35,784 nt of DNA. It comes from Promethearchaeota archaeon. GTDB taxonomy: Archaea > Asgardarchaeota > Hermodarchaeia > Hermodarchaeales > Hermodarchaeaceae. Every line of letters starts with the position of its first letter. The stretch's first letter is position 1. The notes under the pieces were generated by a model. The model did no database searches, was not told the origin of the DNA, and saw only the letters and a list, made by a program, of their open reading frames with translations. Below are positions 25,631-34,350 of the stretch, one piece after another. Location: contig JBHLPH010000019.1 in NCBI GenBank assembly GCA_048939625.1, forward strand, positions 1 to 35,784. The letters are read 5' to 3'. A program made the translations under genes and the position numbers.

Positions 25631-25922
25631 ATTCATTACTTTTGGAATAATATCAGGAATTAAGCAACGATTTAAATTCTCATATCCACGAAAATATTGA
25701 CGAGTTGGGAAAATGCCATTTTGGATGGATAATCTTGGTTCAATCGTAATTTCTCAACCACCACCACCGCCAGTTGAAATATGGTGGCCACCACCTCTCC
25801 TTGTTGTATACTGGATAATTGCTATTTCGTTTCTTATTATAATCGCAATAATCATCTGGAAAAAGTGGTCAAGTCCAAAAGAATGAGTTACAGAAATGTA
25901 ATGATTCATTACTTTTGCAATA
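25631..25922. repeat. 19-bp direct repeat (18/19 identical) flanking the microprotein gene
   Basis: ATTCATTACTTTTGGAATA at 25631-25649 and ATTCATTACTTTTGCAATA at 25904-25922. Confidence 0.6.
25713..25886 (+). CDS. 57-aa single-pass membrane microprotein (not in the ORF track)
   Basis: Hand translation: MPFWMDNLGSIVISQPPPPPVEIWWPPPLLVVYWIIAISFLIIIAIIIWKKWSSPKE*. Confidence 0.55.
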   Translation: MPFWMDNLGSIVISQPPPPPVEIWWPPPLLVVYWIIAISFLIIIAIIIWKKWSSPKE

Positions 25923-25990
25923 GTCTGAAGTAAATAATAGAACTTTGACCCAAATCAAAGAAACAAAAAAAATTCTCGAGAGGAAAGCTG

Positions 25991-26926
25991 TTACTTCTTC
26001 TTTGACTTTTTCTTCGACTTCTTCTTTGGTGTCTCCTCAGCTTCAATCTCTGCAGTTTCAGTTGTGATTCGGAAGATGTCGATTAACTCACTCACATCGG
26101 CTTCCGCAACAGCATCCCGCAACCCATGTGAGTTTTTATCACTCTTCTTCAAAAACTCAGTCGCAAGTACACGACCATCCTCCACTAAAATACGGGGTGT
26201 ATAATCGCCACCGAAGAAAGGACCATCAGGGAGCGTGCGTGTGCGTTCCAGTTGCGATGTTGTTTGAGTCTTTCCCAGAAAAGTCACTTTCCGATCAACA
26301 CTGGTAAAAACCTCTTGACCAATAATGACCAGTTCCCGGCTGTACCCCGGAGGAGGGGTGGTATTAGCTACTCGCCCAACAATATCATCTTGAGCAGGAG
26401 CAGGCACAATACTCGCTGTTGATGATCGCTGTGGCCATTGTTGCTCTGCTCCATTATACTCGGTCCCAAGCTGGGTTGTTGCAACAGGCATCCTAACAGG
26501 TTGAGGTTCAGGTTTGGGTTTGGAGGAAACTGGTTTGGATGGGGCTTTGTCGGGAGTAATCTCGATGGTTTTGTTTGGTAATTCGACCTGCACTTCCACT
26601 TCTTTCTTGGGTTCAGGAGGTTTGGGTTTTTCACCCATTAGAGCCAGAAATGCATCTGGTTCTTCACCACCGTCAACTGAGAGGACTTTGTACACTAAAC
26701 CTCGTTGACTACGAACGGCTTGACCTTGACGTGCTGCGATGAATTTTTTACGAACGCCTGCTTCTGCTCCTTTCCATAACCAGATTTTCCGATCGTCATC
26801 ATCTACGATGATTAAAACGCGGTCATCATTCAACTCGGTTTTAAGCTGACCTGGAGTTGTGAGCTCCATAAGTTCCCCGGTTTCAACGACATCATAAATT
26901 TGCAGGCGTACGGACAGTACCCTCAC
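25991..26926 (-). CDS. Asgard gelsolin-domain protein (single gelsolin domain, Pro-rich linker, X domain; 1DGelX-like)
   Basis: LNDDRVLIIVD....IWLWKG.....KKFIAA...VDGGEEPDAF is a gelsolin repeat. Second domain PPGYSRELVIIG...YTPRILVEDGRVLATEFLK. Lys-rich tail. Confidence 0.82.
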   Translation of the reverse strand: MRVLSVRLQIYDVVETGELMELTTPGQLKTELNDDRVLIIVDDDDRKIWLWKGAEAGVRKKFIAARQGQAVRSQRGLVYKVLSVDGGEEPDAFLALMGEKPKPPEPKKEVEVQVELPNKTIEITPDKAPSKPVSSKPKPEPQPVRMPVATTQLGTEYNGAEQQWPQRSSTASIVPAPAQDDIVGRVANTTPPPGYSRELVIIGQEVFTSVDRKVTFLGKTQTTSQLERTRTLPDGPFFGGDYTPRILVEDGRVLATEFLKKSDKNSHGLRDAVAEADVSELIDIFRITTETAEIEAEETPKKKSKKKSKKK

Positions 26927-27138
26927 CTTCTTAATTTTTCAATTACTTCTATAACTTTTAAAGATGGTGTCCCTTCAACACGCTTACAAAGGTCATTTGC
27001 GGGAAATTTAGGGAGCGACTCAAAGGCTGATGCTAAAATTAATGTGCTGAGCGCGCGAAAGGTGTTGTTTAATCTTCTCAAAAGGCTAGGTTTTTGTAGG
27101 TTTAGAGTGCACACCGTTGCATGGGAGGACTTTGAGTC

Positions 27139-29169
27139 GTGTTTCATACAACGTTCCGTGATATCATCATTGAAGAACTTTCTGGGACGATTGCCAAAGA
27201 CTATGTTTCTGAAATCATCCGCTTTCACCGCATCCAGGCTTCACCTGGATTTCATGATGCAATTTATTACGTGAAAGAGATTATAGATAAATTCCCGGGA
27301 TTACGTACTGAAGTTGAAGTATATCCCGCTGATGGGAAAACGAAAACATGGCAATGGACAGCACCCCTAGGATGGCGTGTTGTAGATGGAACACTCCATC
27401 TAGTCAGCCCCAAACCAGAAATATTGGGGCGCTTTACAGAAAATCCAGTGAGTGTTGTTGCACATAGCCAGTCTGCAGATATCGTAGCACCACTTGTGTA
27501 TCTTGAAGATGGGTCCTCCGAGAAAGATTATCGGCGAGTCGATGTCAAGGGTAAAATTGTATTGACCACTGGTCGTGCTGATCAAGTCCAACGGGAAGCC
27601 GTGTTTAAACGTGGAGCCTTGGGCACTATTCATTTTCCACCTCTTGAACGGCGTACAAAGCACCCCAATCTGATTCCCTACCTGGGCATCTGGCCAAATG
27701 CTAAAGAAAAAGACAAAGTCAGATTTGCGTTTGCCGTTTCAGGTCAGATAGGAACTCGGCTCCGACACCTCATCGAAACCGAGCCTGAGGTTCTTGTTCA
27801 CGCGAATATTGATGCGGAATTGTTCTCTGGTGAACAGCGAGTTCTTACAGCCGTGATTGAAGGCACAGAATTTCTACGCGAAGAAGTGCTCTTAATAGCT
27901 CATCTCTGTCATCCTAGACCAGGGGCTAATGATAACGCGAGTGGTAGTGCCTTACTCATGGAAATTGCCCGGGTTATCACAACGCTTATCCATGAGGGTA
28001 AACTACCTGCCCCTTTACGCACTATCCGGTTTCTATGGGTGCCTGAATTTTATGGAACATTAGCCTTCTTGAAGGCACACCCTGAATTAGTACCACGGAT
28101 AATGAGTGCTATCAACTGTGATATGGTGGGAGCAGACCCAACAATGGTTGGTGGTGTTATCAATCTCCACCGAACCCCCGACTCTCTCCCCAGCTTTGTT
28201 AACGATTTACTTGAATATCATCTCTGTGAAGCTGCTAAGAATCCAAATCTCATTTCTCCGGATGGGAGCCATTTACCATTCCATTTTGATGTCCAGAAAT
28301 ATGATTGGCGAAGCGACCACACGGTGTTCATTGATCCATCGTTCAATGTGCCTTGTCCGATGTTGAATCAATGGCCTGATGCTTATTATCATAGTAACCT
28401 CGACTCGCTTGACAAAATTGATACCACCCACTTACGTCGTGTGGGATATGGGGTCATCATGACTCTATTAACACAAGCATATGCAGAATCTGACGATGCC
28501 ATGTTCCTTGCAACCCAAGTCCATGCTAATGCGCATACTCGGATTACCCAAACCACTCAACAATATGTCCAAGAAGCGATCCAGGCTATCTCACAAACAG
28601 AAAGAGGGGCTGTCCTCGCTAGAACACTGCGAAAGGCAATGGAAAGCATCCGTCAAATCTCGCATAGAGAAAGTGTCGCACTGCAAAGTGTGAAAGTGCT
28701 AAGTCCGCATGATTCTGAATTACACAACTTCATTGATTTGATGTTAGAAGATTTGGTTCAAGAGCGGCAAGAAGAGGTGCGAAAACTCCGACAGGTTGAA
28801 GACTTACTATCTCGGTCCATTGGGTATTCACCCTTGAAACGGTTAGTGCTCCGAAAAAAGGAAAGGGAAGCCAAGAAGCTAAGCCCGCGTCGCAAATTCC
28901 AAGGACCGCTTCATTTCACCGAATTTGTCCGCCAAACGCGTCCACAAGATAAGAACTGGCTCCGTGCCAACCAGAAAAACCAACCCTTCTTCGTAGAGGC
29001 GCTCCTTGAACTCACTAACTTCATGGATGGACATCGAAGTCTGTACGAAATCTTCACAGCCTTAGAAGCAGAATTCGGGGAGGTAGCAAATATCGACACT
29101 ATAATGCGGTTCATCCAACTCCTTAAAGAGCAAAATCTTATCGAGATAGAGAAGGTTAAGTCCACGTAA
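27139..29169 (+). CDS. DUF4910/M28 family Zn-peptidase with PA domain and C-terminal wHTH-like region
   Basis: FHRIQASPG, DVKGKIVL (PA domain), AHLCHP..GANDNASG, WVPE..G, NCDMVG, SDH, YYHS..D and FMDG.RSL.EI. GTG start after GGAGG. Confidence 0.88.
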   Translation: MFHTTFRDIIIEELSGTIAKDYVSEIIRFHRIQASPGFHDAIYYVKEIIDKFPGLRTEVEVYPADGKTKTWQWTAPLGWRVVDGTLHLVSPKPEILGRFTENPVSVVAHSQSADIVAPLVYLEDGSSEKDYRRVDVKGKIVLTTGRADQVQREAVFKRGALGTIHFPPLERRTKHPNLIPYLGIWPNAKEKDKVRFAFAVSGQIGTRLRHLIETEPEVLVHANIDAELFSGEQRVLTAVIEGTEFLREEVLLIAHLCHPRPGANDNASGSALLMEIARVITTLIHEGKLPAPLRTIRFLWVPEFYGTLAFLKAHPELVPRIMSAINCDMVGADPTMVGGVINLHRTPDSLPSFVNDLLEYHLCEAAKNPNLISPDGSHLPFHFDVQKYDWRSDHTVFIDPSFNVPCPMLNQWPDAYYHSNLDSLDKIDTTHLRRVGYGVIMTLLTQAYAESDDAMFLATQVHANAHTRITQTTQQYVQEAIQAISQTERGAVLARTLRKAMESIRQISHRESVALQSVKVLSPHDSELHNFIDLMLEDLVQERQEEVRKLRQVEDLLSRSIGYSPLKRLVLRKKEREAKKLSPRRKFQGPLHFTEFVRQTRPQDKNWLRANQKNQPFFVEALLELTNFMDGHRSLYEIFTALEAEFGEVANIDTIMRFIQLLKEQNLIEIEKVKST

Positions 29170-29175
29170 TGAGTA

Positions 29176-29637
29176 GTGAATAGTATGAGTCATGACCAAG
29201 CTCTACTGTTGCAGAATCGTTTAGAAATCGTACTTGACCAGTTCGAAACCGAAATCACAAATATCGAACAAATTCAGACTCGAGAGGAACTCACACCTCT
29301 ACTCGAAGCAGCAGAAAATCTTCGGGCAGTACTGGTGGAGGTCAAGAACTATTTCGTGGAGGTTCGAAATCAGCTCTCAACAACCTCTGGAATTCCCCCC
29401 GCGAAGGAACTCGCCCAATTGGTTATCGGCGCATCCACCGAGGCATTAAGCGCCATTCGGGAAACCCTTCACTATTTTGAAGATGTGGAGGAAAAAATGA
29501 AAGGCAAACGCAAAATCCACTTGACCCGCGAAGAAATCCACTATGCAGACTTTGGAGCTAAAGTCGCGATTCGAAAAACCCGGCATATCATCAATCGCAT
29601 CTCAGATCAAGCCGAAAATCTCCCGGACCAAATATAA
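29176..29637 (+). CDS. Helical hypothetical protein
   Basis: 153-aa ORF 6 nt after the peptidase stop. Amphipathic, helix-rich composition. Confidence 0.65.
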   Translation: MNSMSHDQALLLQNRLEIVLDQFETEITNIEQIQTREELTPLLEAAENLRAVLVEVKNYFVEVRNQLSTTSGIPPAKELAQLVIGASTEALSAIRETLHYFEDVEEKMKGKRKIHLTREEIHYADFGAKVAIRKTRHIINRISDQAENLPDQI

Positions 29638-29671
29638 CCAACAAACATAGCCAATCAGGATTTGGAATATA

Positions 29672-29947
29672 ATGAATCGATTAGCTGTGATTAGCATCAT
29701 CAGCATCCTTCTAAGCCTACTAATGCTAGTCCTGTTTTTCATCATCCCTGGATTTCCCCTACTCATCTTCCTCTTCCTGCCACCACTTTTCTGTTGGGGG
29801 CTTCAGGGGCAGGGAGAAGAATCATCTAGTACCGCTCATCCTATCCAAATGGGTCCACGGTACTGTCCTCAGTGTGGCAAGCAATTGTTGGAGCCTTTTG
29901 AAACGTATTGCCCTCGGTGTGGGGCGGTACTCAAGTTCGATGACTAG
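29672..29947 (+). CDS. Small membrane-anchored zinc-ribbon protein
   Basis: Hydrophobic N-terminal hairpin followed by YCPQCG...YCPRCG. Confidence 0.75.
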   Translation: MNRLAVISIISILLSLLMLVLFFIIPGFPLLIFLFLPPLFCWGLQGQGEESSSTAHPIQMGPRYCPQCGKQLLEPFETYCPRCGAVLKFDD

Positions 29948-29951
29948 TAAG

Positions 29952-31526
29952 CTAATCGGTTTCCTTTTCCGTGTCTTCTGTGTTCTCACGAGTGGCCTTG
30001 CGTCTTTGTCGCCATTTCCACACATAATGATAGGATCCATACACCAAAAGAAGAAAGAAGAGCGCAAGCAATATAGCATGGGTCAAGAACCGATGAACAG
30101 CAAAAATTCCAATACTTGCTAGACCAATGAGGATAAACCACCACGTGGTAACATTGTTGACGATACGCATGCTTAGATCCTGAAACTGCTGGATGAACTG
30201 GACCATCCACGAAGGTAGAAAAGCCATGTACTTCATACGCCGCGGTTTTAATGGACAGCTCATCCCCTGCACAGGTACAAGCGGTCCACGGAGAATTGCA
30301 CCAAAAAGGATGAGAAAGGGTATCATTGCAATAAGATAGAATTTGTAAATTCCTCTGGGCAGAAAAATGTGGGCTGATAAGGACAGAAGAAGAGCAAGCA
30401 GGAGTAATTGCTCTAAATAGGCGGACTGAGGTTGATCTGGAACCAAGTACGCAATAATCCAAAAGAAAATTAGACAGATGAGCCACGGAATTCCATTCGA
30501 CACCAGACTGAAGATAATAAATTTGAACGGTTCGGGCCAAAAGAAGGCTAGGACTGAGACTGGAATTGTATATGTAGGTGCAGGTAAAGTATCATAAAAT
30601 GGATATGCCCCCATCCCACGCGTGAGAGCATCGATGTAGGCTGTAGGATAGAGGAGAAGATAAGGCATCGATATAACAAGGCCGACCGCTACAGTGATTC
30701 CCAGGGAAATGAAAAGCTGCTTCAATCCACGCCGGTATTCTAAGAACCATATCAACGGAAGCAGGATAGCTGCAGTCTGTTTCACCATGGTAGCCACTGT
30801 AGCCACCAGTACTGCCCAGCGCAGGTCTCCTCGAAGCATGAAGTAAAATCCCAAAACCAGAAAGAAAGTATGAATAGGAGTACTTAACCAAAGGTAATTC
30901 CCCCACCAGATAGAAATTGGATTTAAGGCAAATGCGAGCATGACAACGATTGGGATGAACCGGTTTTTAGTTAGGTGTCGGGCAGCTGCGTACATGACGA
31001 CGCAGGTTGCCAAATCGAAGACAATGAACGCAAAAGCTACCCGGAGATAATCCAGGTTTACAGAAAGAGCAATTGCCTGTGTTTGGATATCTGGAAACAG
31101 AAACTCGGAAGGAATATAGTAGAAGATGCCGAGAATATAGACGAAGAGAGGCGGATAGATGTAAGTTTGGGCACATTGACTAGTATATGGATCGCAGTAG
31201 ACATAGAGTCCTTCCGTATAGGGAAGGTTCCCTTGAACGAAGGCGCGGACAAAATTCATGTAATAAAAGTTAAAGTCAGAAAACGCTTCGACTACCTCAA
31301 AATTCATTTGAAACCAAGGAAACCCAGGTATCCAAACCCACTCAGTTGAAAGATCAACTGCCACCATATTTCCAATAATAAGGTACTGGGAGGCGGTAAA
31401 ATGGAAGACCGCAAGCTTCAGGACGATAATTGGGATAAAAGCCATTAAAAATAGTGGAGCCTCCTGTTTCACCCAGATAATTAATATCTGTTTGAGGTCT
31501 CTATCCGAGGTCTGGTCTGCTGACAT
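29952..31526 (-). CDS. Polytopic GT-C fold glycosyltransferase (GT87/PIG-M-like)
   Basis: FSDFNFYY...G.LPY...YIYPPLF, FDL, ALNP and VKQ motifs. Many TM segments. SD AGGTGA. Confidence 0.78.
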   Translation of the reverse strand: MSADQTSDRDLKQILIIWVKQEAPLFLMAFIPIIVLKLAVFHFTASQYLIIGNMVAVDLSTEWVWIPGFPWFQMNFEVVEAFSDFNFYYMNFVRAFVQGNLPYTEGLYVYCDPYTSQCAQTYIYPPLFVYILGIFYYIPSEFLFPDIQTQAIALSVNLDYLRVAFAFIVFDLATCVVMYAAARHLTKNRFIPIVVMLAFALNPISIWWGNYLWLSTPIHTFFLVLGFYFMLRGDLRWAVLVATVATMVKQTAAILLPLIWFLEYRRGLKQLFISLGITVAVGLVISMPYLLLYPTAYIDALTRGMGAYPFYDTLPAPTYTIPVSVLAFFWPEPFKFIIFSLVSNGIPWLICLIFFWIIAYLVPDQPQSAYLEQLLLLALLLSLSAHIFLPRGIYKFYLIAMIPFLILFGAILRGPLVPVQGMSCPLKPRRMKYMAFLPSWMVQFIQQFQDLSMRIVNNVTTWWFILIGLASIGIFAVHRFLTHAILLALFFLLLVYGSYHYVWKWRQRRKATRENTEDTEKETD

Positions 31527-31661
31527 GCCAGTTCACCTTAGGTATGTGTTTCCCTCACTCAAGGCTTTCAACTTGGCAATTTGTGGAAGTATAGATTGTA
31601 TAACACCTTCTACCATCCGTCATCCTTAATAAGTTCCACAGCACAACACAAGGTTACTTCA

Positions 31662-33752
31662 ATGATTCGTGATGTGTACGTCCTCAGGCGAACAGGCGAG
31701 GTTCTCATTCATAAAGCCTTCAGCAAACGTGGCGTTGATGAAGCCATCTTTAGTGGATTCTACAGCGCCCTTAGTGCATTCGCTGAGGAACTCGGACACG
31801 GTGGCATCGAAACCATCAAGATGGGCGACGTCAGTTTCTATTATGAGCACAGCGAAGACCTCCTCTTTGCCATCGCGGCTGACAAATCGCATAACGCTAA
31901 AGATGTCAAAATCATCCTCACCGAAGTCAAACGCCATTTCATTGACAAATATGGTGATCACCTTGGTGAATGGAATGGTGATATCGGTCCCTTCCAGAAA
32001 TTCGCCAAAGATATTGAAGCTATCGTCACTGCTAAACGCAACGGCGATGGCAAAGGAGCACTTTTCACTCTGCCTTTTGTCCTTGATGGGACAAAGCTGA
32101 AGGGAAAAGCCCTTGATGACCCTGAGATTAATGGTGAATATATCCTTGATTCCCGGTTAGAACTCGCTATCGTGCATCTGCTTCTGGATGATATTCGTCG
32201 TGCAGATCCCGCCATGAAACCCTTAAAGGAAGGATGCTATGAATTTATTGCCAAACTACTTTGGCCAATCTGGGTTGTGGCAGGTCCCGATAAACGATTA
32301 CTCCTCATTGATGGGTTGAAATTACTCCAACCACAGGTCGAACGAGGATTTGTACCCCCTGCGAGTCGGTACGAAGCGCTTCTCAATGTGAATGCGTCCC
32401 CCGAATATCTCGCAGTGATGGAGAAACTAACTGAAGAAGTACGCACCGCAGCTCGCTCGACACCCTTTGAGATTCATGTCCTTCCTGCAGAGCTTACACG
32501 TCTCGTCCGTTCACTGTCACGGATTACCAATGGAAACGATGAATTCGGTGTTCAATTACCCAAACAAATGAACTATACCCAAGCTCAAAAGGAAGCGGAA
32601 CAATTCTTCGCTGAAGCCATCACCACCCACAAGGATGCTGCAGAACAGTGGAACCAATTCCGGTCCTATTTTGGGAACAACGTACAGAAATGGGAAGAAC
32701 GCATCCAAACCGAACTCAAAACCCTTGAAGAGCATTACGCGAATCGAAAAGTCGCACTCAAAAAAGAAATCGATAAAGCCCTCACCGAACTTGCTAAACA
32801 AGAAGAACAAGAAATGGCAGCTGTCGATAAATGGCAACAGGGCGAAGAAAAAACACTCATCGCCCCTCTGAAAAGCCGGCTTGAACCCCTCAACCAAGGC
32901 ATTCATGAACAACAAGAATCCCTGAGCCATTTTCTCACCAGTAATCCCAAAGATGATATGCGAGTAGACAACTTCATCTTACAACTTGACCAAACCTTAG
33001 ATCAATTCAACGACTTCGCTATTGATTTACGAAACAAAGCCAAGGAAACCCGTCGAGCCATTGAACAAACAAAACGTGACGTCGGGAACTTGGAACGCGA
33101 TGTCCAGAGTCGTAAAGCCAAAGTCCGTGAAACCTTCGAACTTCAAGAAAACGAAGAAATTAAACGACTTGATGCCCTCGAAGAAGAACGGCAAATCCGA
33201 TTACAAGAAACCAAGGAACGATTCAATCAATTAGAAGGGTATGCCACGGAAATCGATAACTTAATCGAAAAGCACATCATTCACAGCCAAGACCAACTTA
33301 CCACATTCGAGGAGTACTTGACCGAGACCGGTGCACCCTTTTCTGGAGATCTGAATACACCGATATTTCTCCCCGTCTATTTAGCAGGTCTCAAACGTGA
33401 GGATGAATCCACCAAACTCATCGTCATCCCACCTCTGGTCGTTCCACCCACTAAATCAGGAGCAGACGCCACTCTTGGACAAAAAAGCGCACCAGTCGGT
33501 GTGCTCTCACCCGCTTTGATTCAGTACCTGAAGGAACCTCTCGAAACAGTCCTCGCTAAGAATGAAAAGTTCGCCAAACAAGTCACACGCTTCTCCCCCC
33601 GAAACAATCTGCTTTCAGACCCACAAATTGAGAGCCTCTTATATTCCGGATTACACGCGCTCTGGCAGTCCAAGTTGATTCCCGAACACACCCATACCAA
33701 GATCAAGCTTGCTTGTATCGATATTTACCGAAGTACCAACGGTAACACTTAA
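31662..33752 (+). CDS. Longin-domain protein with long central coiled coil
   Basis: Start refined to ATG 31662. N-terminal IRDVYVL..TGEVL...DEAIFSGFYSAL..FAEE...IETIKMG...F..KY...W.GD...F..F is a longin pattern. About 230 aa of heptad-rich E/K/Q/R sequence follows. Confidence 0.8.
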   Translation: MIRDVYVLRRTGEVLIHKAFSKRGVDEAIFSGFYSALSAFAEELGHGGIETIKMGDVSFYYEHSEDLLFAIAADKSHNAKDVKIILTEVKRHFIDKYGDHLGEWNGDIGPFQKFAKDIEAIVTAKRNGDGKGALFTLPFVLDGTKLKGKALDDPEINGEYILDSRLELAIVHLLLDDIRRADPAMKPLKEGCYEFIAKLLWPIWVVAGPDKRLLLIDGLKLLQPQVERGFVPPASRYEALLNVNASPEYLAVMEKLTEEVRTAARSTPFEIHVLPAELTRLVRSLSRITNGNDEFGVQLPKQMNYTQAQKEAEQFFAEAITTHKDAAEQWNQFRSYFGNNVQKWEERIQTELKTLEEHYANRKVALKKEIDKALTELAKQEEQEMAAVDKWQQGEEKTLIAPLKSRLEPLNQGIHEQQESLSHFLTSNPKDDMRVDNFILQLDQTLDQFNDFAIDLRNKAKETRRAIEQTKRDVGNLERDVQSRKAKVRETFELQENEEIKRLDALEEERQIRLQETKERFNQLEGYATEIDNLIEKHIIHSQDQLTTFEEYLTETGAPFSGDLNTPIFLPVYLAGLKREDESTKLIVIPPLVVPPTKSGADATLGQKSAPVGVLSPALIQYLKEPLETVLAKNEKFAKQVTRFSPRNNLLSDPQIESLLYSGLHALWQSKLIPEHTHTKIKLACIDIYRSTNGNT

Positions 33753-33760
33753 CCAGTTTC

Positions 33761-34268
33761 TTATAGATTGGGCAGAATATCTTGAACAATAGTATGAATG
33801 GATTCATCGCTATCTTCTGGATGGACCAACCGTAAAGCGAGATGAGTAGCACCTACTTTTCGATATTCCTGAATTCGATCCAGACATTCTATAGATGAAC
33901 CAAAAATAACTCGGTTTTCATGAGAAGATTTTCCCCACTTGGGTAACCGTTTCTGCGCATCCTGTTTGGATTTCCCTAACTGCAACAAAATACTTGGCAT
34001 TACCTCTAGTTCATCCAATGATCGTCCTTGGTCCTTCAATAGTTTGCTCAATTGTTGTAATCGCTGGGACAATCCGGAGGTCGTAGGCGCAAAGGGCATC
34101 CAGTCCTGCCCATACCGTCCACGCCTCGTTGAAATTGGGGCCTCTAGGTAATCGAAGATGGTCATTTACAACAACATGATCTAATCCTGCCACATCAACG
34201 AGTTTCGCAGTTTTAACAGCTTGAGAGGCTGAATAAAATTCGATGGGAATATGGATACCAAGCTTCAT
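33761..34268 (-). pseudogene. LLM-class (F420/flavin-dependent) oxidoreductase pseudogene with internal deletion and frameshift
   Basis: One frame gives MKLGIHIP...AGLDHVVVNDHL...EAWTV. Another gives RYGQDWMP...IFGSSIECLDRIQEYRKVGATHLAL...QDILP. The central barrel strands are missing; the junction is at about 34111-34119. Confidence 0.8.
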
Positions 34269-34350
34269 TCTAAAAGCACCTCCGCGACCACAACAGAGTC
34301 TATTCAGCTTGGCATTTTTGAGCCTTCTCCTTGAATCGCTCGAAAACCAG

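Noticed and set aside
27139-29169. M28 peptidase as a GPAA1-like GPI transamidase subunit
   Set aside because: It has no signal peptide or TM segments, and its motifs fit soluble DUF4910.
29672-29800. IPGFP as a C-terminal sorting signal
   Set aside because: It lies between two N-terminal hydrophobic helices and has no basic tail.
32600-33290. Coiled-coil protein as SMC/Rad50
   Set aside because: No Walker A/B, signature motif, hinge or zinc hook.
34100-34170. Programmed frameshift restoring the LLM enzyme
   Set aside because: There is no slippery site, and even the fused product lacks about half of the barrel.
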